Positions 38,182 through 46,431 of a DNA stretch of 64,000 nt are shown one piece after another. The stretch spans positions 62,709 to 126,708 of the forward strand of contig JAZQXT010000007.1 of the NCBI GenBank assembly GCA_045633005.1. Reading direction: 5' to 3'. Source of the DNA: Eubacteriales bacterium. GTDB lineage: Bacteria > Bacillota > Clostridia > Oscillospirales > CAG-272. Numbering within the stretch: the stretch's first letter is position 1; the number at the start of each line of letters is the position of its first letter. A model generated the notes under the pieces. The model was not told the DNA's origin. It saw only the letters and a program-made list of their open reading frames with translations, and ran no database searches. The position numbers and the translations under genes are program-made.

Positions 38182-39011
38182 TGGAGCTTGATTTTTTGGC
38201 TTGCCCGCTTTGCGGCGCGGCAATAGAGCGCGAGGGCGGCAGTCTTTTTTGCCGCGGAGATAAAAAAAGACATTGCTTTGACCTGTCAGCGTCGGGCTAT
38301 GCCGACCTGTCGGGCAGGCGGCAGGGCGGAGGCGGCGACCCCAAGGATGCGGTGGCTGACCGCACCGCGTGGCTTGACGCGGGATATTACGCGCCGCTTG
38401 CCGACGAAATATGTGAAATATTTAAAAAACACCTTCCCACACCTTCCTTCGTGATAGACGCGGGATGCGGCGAGGGATATTATTCCGAGCGCATTGCCGC
38501 CGACGTGGACGGCGCGTGCGTTTTCGGCGCAGACCTCTCAAAGCTGGCTGTTGACCGAGCATCAAAGCGCCGTAAGGCGCGCGGCGGCGACAATTCCTTT
38601 TACTCCGTCGCATCCGTTTTCGAGCTTCCCGTAAGGGACGGCGTAGCCGACGGAATGCTTTCAATGTTTGCGCCCGTCAGCGAGAGCGAGGCAAAAAGAA
38701 CGCTCAAGGACGGCGGAATATTTCTTATCGGCGGGGCGGCACCCGAGCACCTTTTGGGGCTCAAGCGCGCCGTTTACGGCACGGTATATCTGAACGATAT
38801 TCGCGCCGATCTGCCCACGGATATGGAGCTGCTTGAAAAGCGGCGAGTCAGATACGATATAAGCGTCGATGGCAACCGCGATATAATGCGACTTTTCGGA
38901 ATGACGCCGTACCGCTTCCGCACGTCTGCCGAGGCGTTTGCCCGCCTTGAAGCCTTGGAGACTCTCACCACCGAGGTGGACGTGGAGTTTTACGTTTACA
39001 GAAAAAACTGA
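38178..39011 (+). CDS. RlmA-like SAM-dependent methyltransferase with N-terminal zinc ribbon
   Basis: CPLCG...C..D zinc motif, SAM motif I VIDAGCGEGYY. Start overlaps the sortase stop. Confidence 0.75.
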   Translation: MMELDFLACPLCGAAIEREGGSLFCRGDKKRHCFDLSASGYADLSGRRQGGGGDPKDAVADRTAWLDAGYYAPLADEICEIFKKHLPTPSFVIDAGCGEGYYSERIAADVDGACVFGADLSKLAVDRASKRRKARGGDNSFYSVASVFELPVRDGVADGMLSMFAPVSESEAKRTLKDGGIFLIGGAAPEHLLGLKRAVYGTVYLNDIRADLPTDMELLEKRRVRYDISVDGNRDIMRLFGMTPYRFRTSAEAFARLEALETLTTEVDVEFYVYRKN

Positions 39012-39029
39012 TATTATAAGGAAAAAGAT

Positions 39030-39761
39030 ATGAAAATTTCGGTATGTATACCAATGTATAACGAGTCGGCGGTAATTGCCGAGAATGCCAAAAAGCTCAG
39101 CGATTATATGGAATCCGTGTTCGTTTCCCCCGACGGTGAAAGGGAATACGAGATAATATACGCGGACGACGGAAGCACCGACGGCTGCGGAGATATCGTC
39201 CGCTCGCTCGGACTTCCCGCTATGCGCGTCGTCGGCTACCCCGACAACCGCGGCAAGGGCTGTGCCGTTCGCACCGCGCTTCTTGCTTCGCAGGGTGACT
39301 TTGCTATGTTCACGGACGCTGACCTTGCCTACGGCACCGAGGTCATTGAGCGTATGTGGAAGGAATTTTCCGCACACGACGATGCCGCGCTCGTTATAGG
39401 CTCGCGCAATCTTTCAAAGGACGGATATTCCGAATATACCTTCTTGCGCCGCGTGATGTCAAAGGTGTATATCAAGCTTCTTTGCATCGTTGGCGGCTTT
39501 AAGCTCAGCGACTCGCAATGCGGCTGTAAGGGCTTTTCGCACGATGCCATCGCGGCGATATTCCCAAGGTGCGAGGTCAACCGCTTCGCCTTTGATTTCG
39601 AGGCGATACTTTGGGCGGAAAAGCTCGGACTTAAAATATACGAAATGCCCGTAAAGGTGCTCGTACACGGCGAATCCAAGGTCAATATAATCAAGGATAC
39701 GCTGAGGATGCTGTCCGACCTTCGCCGTATGCGCAAGAGGATAAAGAAAGCAAAAATCTGA
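39030..39761 (+). CDS. Family 2 glycosyltransferase (polyprenyl-phosphate sugar transferase-like)
   Basis: ISVCIPMYNES, YADDGSTDG, DADL (DxD). Confidence 0.85.
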   Translation: MKISVCIPMYNESAVIAENAKKLSDYMESVFVSPDGEREYEIIYADDGSTDGCGDIVRSLGLPAMRVVGYPDNRGKGCAVRTALLASQGDFAMFTDADLAYGTEVIERMWKEFSAHDDAALVIGSRNLSKDGYSEYTFLRRVMSKVYIKLLCIVGGFKLSDSQCGCKGFSHDAIAAIFPRCEVNRFAFDFEAILWAEKLGLKIYEMPVKVLVHGESKVNIIKDTLRMLSDLRRMRKRIKKAKI

Positions 39762-39796
39762 AAATAAAGGATGCCGCAAGGCAAAATTAAGGATAA

Positions 39797-41335
39797 ATGA
39801 GTTTTAAAAAGCCATTGATAAAAAGAGCGTTAGCGGTGCTTGTTGCCGTTTTGCTCTCGTTACCGATAGTGTTTACCGTTTCCGCGGGCAACACGAGCGA
39901 GCCTATGGGGACGGCATCGGAGACAGCCGTTATGGGCGAGCTTGCGGATGGAGTATACAGAATAAAAAATCTTGAAACGGGGCTGTATCTTGAAACCTAC
40001 AAATACAGCGCCAAGGGCAAAGAAAAGCTGTGCGCTTCTGAGCTTGACGTAAAGAACGAGGGTCAGTGCTTCTACGTCAGACGCGCCGAAAACGGTGCTT
40101 GGATACTGTCTGCGCAAAACGAGAACGGTGAATATTCTCTTTCGTGGCAAGACGGCACGGCTGTTGGCGATCATATCGTGAAAACGCAAAAGGCGGCAGA
40201 CGCCGAATATACATATTTTGATATTTCAAGGCTTGACGGCGGAGCGTTTACGATAGCACCCGCGGGCGGCGACAATTACACGGCTGTTCTCGCTACCGTG
40301 GACGAAAAGACCTATTATTCCGACAAGTGCGTGCGTATTGCGGATCTTTCTCAAGGCGACAAGGCGCAAACGTGGATGTTCGAGCGCGTTCCTACCGACT
40401 ATCTTACCACCGCGTACGAAAAGACCACGGTCAAGCTCTATTCCACGGGTAAGTTTTATGCGCGAAAATATCCGTACAGTATGGTTACCTCAGACATCGT
40501 GTGGACCTCGTCCGACGAGGATATTATTATGATGGGCGCGGACGGCGTGTGGTGCGCACTCGGAAAGGGCGTGGCTACCGTTACCGCATCGGTGGACGCG
40601 GCTGTCGTTTCATTTCAGGTTACCGTAGAGGATAAGGCGGCGTTTACTTGGTATAGCCAGACTAATATGTATACGAGCGATTGGTCTGCGCGTGAGCTTG
40701 AAAGTCTCTATTTCGTTGCTGACGGAAGCAAAAAGCGCTTCGCGTGGGACGTGAAGAGAAGTCCGAGCCACAGCAGTTGGATGGAAAGCGGATGCGCTCT
40801 GGCATCGAGCGCGATGGTGCTTAACAATATGGGCGCCGTAAAGACCACGGGCTACGATCTTCGCACGGGGCAAGAGGGCTCGCTTATTGCCGACCCATAC
40901 ACCGTGGCGCTTGCCAATAGCGGAAACCACGGAGTGAATAATACGTCAAAGGCGATGTACGGCAACCCGATATATATGTATTGGTCAAGAGTGGCGTCCA
41001 AATTCAACGTTGACGGCGAAAATATCGAATATCGCAGACATTACGTTTCGTCAAAGAAAAAGATAAAGGATCTTTTGACAAAGTATCCGCAAGGAGTCAT
41101 AGTTCTTTTCAAGCGTTCAAACAGAACGCACTATATCGTTTTTGCCGAGTGCCTGAATCCCGAGGAGACCGTTGCCTCAAAGATCGAGTTTCTCGTCTAC
41201 GACCCCGCGGCGTATAAACCCGAAAACGGAGACGGCGTACCGTTCCAAAAAACCGTATCGTATTTGTACGAGGGATTCAGATATTCCTCGATAGCAAACG
41301 TAACGGTCTACGACGTGGAAAGCAAGTTGAATTGA
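39797..41335 (+). CDS. Secreted multidomain protein: ricin-type lectin-like, Ig-like (Big_2-like), and C39/papain-like cysteine peptidase-like C-terminus
   Basis: Signal peptide. GVYRIKNLETGLYLE and QTWMFE (QxW) motifs. VATVTASVDAAVVSFQVTV Ig-like strand pattern. Putative Cys nucleophile WMESGCALASSAMVL with downstream HYIVF and YDPA. Confidence 0.55.
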   Translation: MSFKKPLIKRALAVLVAVLLSLPIVFTVSAGNTSEPMGTASETAVMGELADGVYRIKNLETGLYLETYKYSAKGKEKLCASELDVKNEGQCFYVRRAENGAWILSAQNENGEYSLSWQDGTAVGDHIVKTQKAADAEYTYFDISRLDGGAFTIAPAGGDNYTAVLATVDEKTYYSDKCVRIADLSQGDKAQTWMFERVPTDYLTTAYEKTTVKLYSTGKFYARKYPYSMVTSDIVWTSSDEDIIMMGADGVWCALGKGVATVTASVDAAVVSFQVTVEDKAAFTWYSQTNMYTSDWSARELESLYFVADGSKKRFAWDVKRSPSHSSWMESGCALASSAMVLNNMGAVKTTGYDLRTGQEGSLIADPYTVALANSGNHGVNNTSKAMYGNPIYMYWSRVASKFNVDGENIEYRRHYVSSKKKIKDLLTKYPQGVIVLFKRSNRTHYIVFAECLNPEETVASKIEFLVYDPAAYKPENGDGVPFQKTVSYLYEGFRYSSIANVTVYDVESKLN

Positions 41336-41417
41336 TCGCGCTTGGCGAAAAGCGCTCACAAGGCTATAAAAAGGCGTTGCCGCGGCAACGCCTTTAAGAC
41401 ATTAAGCAGAGGTCAAA

Positions 41418-42800
41418 ATGAGATTTAATGAAGAAGATATAAAATATCTCGCCTGCGAGCTGCCCGACGAGATAAAATATCATAAATACAGCGGCGATTT
41501 TGTCGCAGAGCAAAGGGCGGTCGAGGAATATCTGAAAAGAGAGTCTCTCACCACCGCACTGCGCCGCAGACTTGAGATAGAATACGTCATATCGGGGCAG
41601 ATGCAAAGGGATTACCGAATGAGCGAGGAGGACCTTCTTTGCCGCATCAGGGAAAAATATCCGCTTTGCAGCGCGGAAATGCTTCGCGGCTTTATCGACG
41701 AGGGATATGCCGATTACGTGCTTCGCGGCGGTGAAAAATACTTTCAGCGCTCGGCGGTAAGGAACGTTACCACGCGCAAGTGGCGACAGCTTGCCGCGCT
41801 TTCGGGCGGAGACGTGCCCGCGTACACGCGCGACAAATGGCGCGCCGAGTGCATTCCGATAATGAAAAAGCACGGCTTTCGCGCCGTGCGCTATACCGTG
41901 CGCGAGTGGATAGCCCCCGCCGAGCGCGAGGTGCGCGAGGGCGCACTTTTGCGCGTGCATCTGCCGTATCCGTGCGAATGCGCAGAGCAGAGCGATATCA
42001 CGCTCAACTATTCCTCGCACCCCGTATATATTTCCTCGTCGGCGCACCGCACCGCCTTTATCGAGACGGAGTGCCGCGCGGGTGAAAAATACGAGATAGA
42101 GTTTTCATATACCTTCAAGGTGAATTACGTCAAGGCGCACGCGGATGCCGTCAGCGCGGAGCAACCGAGCTTCTACACGGGCGAGCAGTATCCGCACATC
42201 CGCTTCACGCCGTATATCAGAGAGCTTGCCGACGAGCTTCGCGGAAACGAGAAAAATCCGCTCGTCCTCGCGCGCAGAGCGTACGATTACGTGACGACCC
42301 AAACCGTATATTCACTTTTGCGCCCGTATCTCTGCATTGAGAATATTCCCGAATTCGTTCTGCTCAACCGCCGCGGCGATTGCGGTGCTATGTCGCTTGC
42401 GTTTATCACGCTTTGCCGCGCGATGGGTGTTCCCGCGCGTTGGCAGTCGGGAAGCAACGTGCGCCCCGACGCTATATCCTCGCACGATTGGGCGCAGTTC
42501 TATATTGCGCCGTACGGCTGGCTCTACGCCGACCTTTCGGCGGGCGAGGGCGCGTACCGCAACGGCGACTTTGAGCTGTGGGAGCATTATTTCGGCAATA
42601 TCGACACGATGCGCGAGGTCAACTGCACCGAATTTCAGGCGGCGTTTGACCCGCCCAAGCGCTTTATGCGCGCCGACCCGTACGACAATCAATCGGGCGA
42701 GCTTGAGTACGCCGACCGCGGACTCATACTCGACAGCGTAAACGCGGGCAGAAGCGTTGTGGATTTCAAGGATTTAACGGACGGATACAAAAATGAGTAA
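41418..42800 (+). CDS. Transglutaminase-like (Cys-His-Asp core) protein, cytoplasmic
   Basis: RRGDCGAMSLAFITLCRAMGVPARW, SHDWAQFY, WLYADLS. No signal peptide. Confidence 0.8.
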   Translation: MRFNEEDIKYLACELPDEIKYHKYSGDFVAEQRAVEEYLKRESLTTALRRRLEIEYVISGQMQRDYRMSEEDLLCRIREKYPLCSAEMLRGFIDEGYADYVLRGGEKYFQRSAVRNVTTRKWRQLAALSGGDVPAYTRDKWRAECIPIMKKHGFRAVRYTVREWIAPAEREVREGALLRVHLPYPCECAEQSDITLNYSSHPVYISSSAHRTAFIETECRAGEKYEIEFSYTFKVNYVKAHADAVSAEQPSFYTGEQYPHIRFTPYIRELADELRGNEKNPLVLARRAYDYVTTQTVYSLLRPYLCIENIPEFVLLNRRGDCGAMSLAFITLCRAMGVPARWQSGSNVRPDAISSHDWAQFYIAPYGWLYADLSAGEGAYRNGDFELWEHYFGNIDTMREVNCTEFQAAFDPPKRFMRADPYDNQSGELEYADRGLILDSVNAGRSVVDFKDLTDGYKNE

Positions 42801-43728
42801 GATCTTTATTGCCATAGACGGCGGCGGAACGTCAACCGTGGGCGTTGCGCTTGCTCGCGGCGGCGTGCTTGCGCATAAAAGAAGTACGGCGTCAAATCCC
42901 CACGATATCGGGGAGGACGCGGCGATATCCCTCGTTTGCAAAATGGCGTCGGAGCTTGTAAGCGAGGCGCGCGAAAAGACCGATACGGACGAGGTATGTC
43001 TGTTCGCGGGAATTTCGGGCGTGATAGGCAGGGAGGAACGCTTTGAAGCCGCACTTCGCGCGGCTGTGGGCGGCACGGTGAGCGTAAAGAGTGACATTTA
43101 CAACCTCTTTGGGCTTGTGGAGCGCGAGAATTGCGCCGCGCTCATTTGCGGCACGGGAAGCGTTTGCTTTATAAAAAAAGGCGGAGAGCTTTACCGCGTA
43201 GGCGGCTGGGGATATCTGCTTGACGGCGCGGAGGGCGGCGGATTTGCCATCGGACGCGCGGGACTTCTCGCCGCGCTTCGCTCGCGCGACGGCAGGATAG
43301 GCAAGACAGAGCTTGTTGGCGCGGCTCGCAGATATCTTGATTGCGACGTTACCGAGGCGATAGCCAAGATATACGAGGGCGGCAAGACCTACGTTGCGGG
43401 CTTTGCGCCCTACGTTATGGAGGAGGCGGAGAAGGGGGATTCTGAGGCTCAGACCGTGCTTTCCGAAACGGTGCTTGGGCTGTCCGAAATGCTTTCGTGC
43501 GCCGCCGAGGGGCTCGGCGACGGCTTTGATTGCATATTGAGCGGCGGACTTATCCGCCACAATGGACTTGGCGATATGATAGCCGCGGCGACGGCGCACC
43601 TTCGAGTAAATTTTATCACGCCGAGACTGCCACAGATAGCGGGCGGCATCCGACTCGCCTTCGCCCTCGGCGGCGAGAGCGTCACCCAAACGGAGCTTGA
43701 GGGTTATATAAATAATATAAGGAAATAA
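42793..43728 (+). CDS. BadF/BadG/BcrA/BcrD-type ATPase (N-acetylglucosamine kinase-like)
   Basis: IAIDGGGTST phosphate-1 motif, ALICGTGS, GGWGYLLD. Overlaps the upstream gene by 8 nt. Confidence 0.8.
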   Translation: MSKIFIAIDGGGTSTVGVALARGGVLAHKRSTASNPHDIGEDAAISLVCKMASELVSEAREKTDTDEVCLFAGISGVIGREERFEAALRAAVGGTVSVKSDIYNLFGLVERENCAALICGTGSVCFIKKGGELYRVGGWGYLLDGAEGGGFAIGRAGLLAALRSRDGRIGKTELVGAARRYLDCDVTEAIAKIYEGGKTYVAGFAPYVMEEAEKGDSEAQTVLSETVLGLSEMLSCAAEGLGDGFDCILSGGLIRHNGLGDMIAAATAHLRVNFITPRLPQIAGGIRLAFALGGESVTQTELEGYINNIRK

Positions 43729-43757
43729 AAAAGTGGCTGAAAACAGCCACTTTTTTA
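43727..43757. terminator. Bidirectional rho-independent terminator
   Basis: aaaaagtggctg / cagccacttttt stem with flanking A- and T-runs, between convergent genes. Confidence 0.85.
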
Positions 43758-43758
43758 T

Positions 43759-44559
43759 TTATTTTTTCTTCAGCTTTCCTCTGACCTTGCCGATGCAGGA
43801 GACCTCGGAAAAGTCCTTGAGCATTATCTTGCCGTAATCGGGGTTGAGGGAGATAAGGCAATCGCCGCCGTATATCTTGAAATATCCGTCGCCGTCAAGA
43901 ATGAATATTCCAAGCTCGCCGACCTCAACGGAGTCCGCCGTTTCAACGAGAAGGATGTCGCCGTTATGATATTTCGGCTCCATACTGTTGCCGCTGATGC
44001 GGAGCGCATAGTCCGCCCCCTCGGTCACGGGGTTGCGGTTAACGCTTATCTTTTCGGCGTTCGCGCTGTCAAGATACTCGCCCGTTCCCGCGGATACGGG
44101 CAGATCGTAAAGGGCTATATCCAGCTTGCCGCCATACGCGCCCGAATCGCGATAGCGGCGCGTGATGGGAGCGGTGATGATAGCACTTTCGCGGCGCGCG
44201 GCGGGGGCGGGGGAGTACTCCACGCGCGAAACGCGCTCGCGCTCCTTGCCCGCGACCATCATAACAAGCTCTTTGCCGTGAGAGTCAAGGCGGCGGTATT
44301 CCTCAACGAGACGTATCTCGTCGCCCTCAAGAGTGAAATTGTTCGTGTTTTCGGGAATGCCGCTGACGATGTAGTCGAGCGAGCAATCAAGCGCGTCGCA
44401 GATGGCAACGATGTTCGACAGCTTTACCGAGTCGGATATTCCCGCAAGGAGCTTGCTGAGCGTTCCGAGCGGAATCCCGCTCAAATTTGAAAGCGCCTCG
44501 TTGGTCATCTTTCTTTCACTTTTTATTTCTTTTATGCGTTCTACGTAATCGGGGCCCAT
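43759..44559 (-). CDS. XRE-family HTH + S24 (LexA/CI-like self-cleaving) repressor, HdiR-like
   Basis: HTH NEALSNLSGIPLGTLSKLLAG. Ala-Gly cleavage context VSAGTG, Ser motif ISGNSMEP, downstream Lys in GYFKIY. Confidence 0.85.
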   Translation of the reverse strand: MGPDYVERIKEIKSERKMTNEALSNLSGIPLGTLSKLLAGISDSVKLSNIVAICDALDCSLDYIVSGIPENTNNFTLEGDEIRLVEEYRRLDSHGKELVMMVAGKERERVSRVEYSPAPAARRESAIITAPITRRYRDSGAYGGKLDIALYDLPVSAGTGEYLDSANAEKISVNRNPVTEGADYALRISGNSMEPKYHNGDILLVETADSVEVGELGIFILDGDGYFKIYGGDCLISLNPDYGKIMLKDFSEVSCIGKVRGKLKKK

Positions 44560-44589
44560 ACCGATACCTCACTTTCATTTTCTGAAATG

Positions 44590-44618
44590 ATTATAGCACA
44601 CTTTTTCCGATTTGTAAA
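44590..44618 (-). promoter_or_regulatory. Promoter of the repressor gene
   Basis: On the minus strand, TTTACA-N17-TATAAT. Overlapped by a TTCCG-containing repeat. Confidence 0.5.
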
Positions 44619-44657
44619 TAGGAAAATAAAAATTTTTCCGAAATTTGAAAAAATATA

Positions 44658-44686
44658 TTGACAAACGCTTGCGGATGTGGTATTAT
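44658..44686 (+). promoter_or_regulatory. Promoter of the small membrane-protein gene
   Basis: TTGACA-N17-TATTAT (TATAAT 3 nt further downstream). Confidence 0.55.
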
Positions 44687-44729
44687 AATGTCAGAAAGTT
44701 TCCAAAAACGGAATTCAAGGAGGTTCGCT

Positions 44730-45041
44730 ATGAACAATTGCTTAAATAACTACAATATATATAATCGCGCCGAGTACGGCAGAAAAGAGAAGAAGGTAAG
44801 CCGCCTTGCTCTCGTCGTTGAGTTTCTTCTTGCGCTTTTCGAGGCTGTCGTTGAGCTGCTCGAAAGACCGACGGTAAGAAGGATAGCTCGCGCCGTTATC
44901 GGCGTGGGACTTGCGGTTGCTTGCTACTTTTTCGTAGGCGCGGTCATCGGCGGCACGATAGGCGCGCTCCGCGCAATATGCACTGCTGTCGGTATCGTCA
45001 GCGTCGGCATCCGCGTTTTCGGAGTCAGAGCGTCCGAGTGA
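44730..45041 (+). CDS. Small (103 aa) membrane protein of unknown function
   Basis: AAGGAGG lies 6 nt before ATG 44730. Basic N-terminus, then two Gly/Ala/Val-rich hydrophobic helices. Upstream in-frame starts fall inside the promoter. The 3' end overlaps the convergent transporter gene by 17 nt. Confidence 0.6.
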   Translation: MNNCLNNYNIYNRAEYGRKEKKVSRLALVVEFLLALFEAVVELLERPTVRRIARAVIGVGLAVACYFFVGAVIGGTIGALRAICTAVGIVSVGIRVFGVRASE

Positions 45042-46137
45042 TATCCTCGTCCGTGACGACTCCCGCCAAAAGCGTGCGCACCCCCGCTACTACGGCGGGC
45101 GCGAGCAAAAGCCCGATAACGCCGAAAAGGCGAAGCCCCGCGTACATTGAGAACAGAGATACCAAAGGGTGAATGCCAAGGCTCTTGCCTATTATTTTCG
45201 GCTCGATGAATTGCCGCAGTACCACGACGGCGACGTACAGTATGAGTAAGCCTATGCCACTTTTGAGGTCGGCGGTGATGAATGAGATCACCGACCACGG
45301 AACGAGCACCGTTCCCACGCCGAGCACGGGCAAGATATCAACGAGCGCGGTAACGGCGGCAAGGAGCAGGGCGTATTCCGTTCCGATAAGGGTAAGACCA
45401 AAAAATACTACGGAAAACGTGATAAGAAGTATAAGAGAATACGCGCGCAGATAGCGTCCCGCCGTCTGCGCGGCTTCTTTTTTTATCTTGGGCATAAACG
45501 CCTTTACTCCTTCGGGGAGAAGGGCGTTTACGCTTGCCGTGAGCTTTTCCTTATCGAGTGCGAAGTAAAACGATGAAATGACCGTTACGGCGATGGCTAA
45601 AAGCAGCTTGGGAAGGGAGGATGCCACGGAGGACAGCGTTTTGGACAGAAACGCGCTTATCGCATCCGCCGCGCTTGATGCGATTCCCGATAGAAAAGCG
45701 TCTACGCTGTCGGGCGATATGCGGTGCGCCGTGTCCTTGTGCAGTGCGGCGGATATCTTTTCGCTTATTCCGTTTATAAGGTCCGTTGCGCTTCCGATAA
45801 GCTCGCTTATCGGGTCGCCGTCCTGACCGATTCCCGCGGCAAGCTCGCCAAGCTCGGTGACGAGCCGCTTTGCCGCGAGCCAAAGTGCAAGCGAGACCGC
45901 GACGAGCAACAAAAACACGAGCACCGCCGCCGCCACGCGCTTGGGTACTCTGCTGTGCTCGGATATCTTTTGAGCGATAGGATAGACCGCCGCCGCGATG
46001 AGCGCGGCTATCGCAAACGGGAGAAGGATGGGGAGCAGGTGCTTAAAAAACAAATATACCGCCGCCGCGCCGAATGCAAGGCATATAAGGATCGCCGCCG
46101 TGCGCTTTGAGTCGAAGCCGTTTTTCTCGTCGTTCAT
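45025..46137 (-). CDS. AI-2E family transporter (PerM/YtvI-like)
   Basis: 370 aa, about 8 TM. Overall pattern typical of PF01594-type permeases. Family call by eye. Confidence 0.7.
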   Translation of the reverse strand: MNDEKNGFDSKRTAAILICLAFGAAAVYLFFKHLLPILLPFAIAALIAAAVYPIAQKISEHSRVPKRVAAAVLVFLLLVAVSLALWLAAKRLVTELGELAAGIGQDGDPISELIGSATDLINGISEKISAALHKDTAHRISPDSVDAFLSGIASSAADAISAFLSKTLSSVASSLPKLLLAIAVTVISSFYFALDKEKLTASVNALLPEGVKAFMPKIKKEAAQTAGRYLRAYSLILLITFSVVFFGLTLIGTEYALLLAAVTALVDILPVLGVGTVLVPWSVISFITADLKSGIGLLILYVAVVVLRQFIEPKIIGKSLGIHPLVSLFSMYAGLRLFGVIGLLLAPAVVAGVRTLLAGVVTDEDITRTL

Positions 46138-46233
46138 TTCTTACCTCTAATAAATAAATACGATTGATTTTATGCTTTTTGCTGTCGCTCCTATACGCCG
46201 AAAAAATAAAAAATAAAAAATTTTAAAAAAGTA

Positions 46234-46262
46234 TTGACAATTTAAGGGACGTGTGATACAAT
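46234..46262 (+). promoter_or_regulatory. rpoB promoter with A/T-rich UP-like region
   Basis: TTGACA-N17-TACAAT, preceded by about 40 nt of A/T (46195-46230). Confidence 0.6.
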
Positions 46263-46431
46263 ATTACACTGAATTATAATCCCTCAATATGCCTAAAAAC
46301 TAAATTTTGCTGAAAAAAAGTCGTCGAAAAAGTTTAGAAAAAGCTTCAAAAACGAACGAATTTACAGAAAGTTTACAAAAAATTTAAGCATTTTTGAAGT
46401 GGAAAAATACTTGAATGGAGTGATTGTATCA

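Noticed and set aside
43759-45041. A CI/LexA-like repressor as a marker of an integrated prophage.
   Set aside because: There is no integrase, excisionase, Cro-like, structural or lysis gene, and no att-like repeats on either side. Flanking genes are core metabolism and transcription. At most this is a relic, so it is treated as an orphan module.
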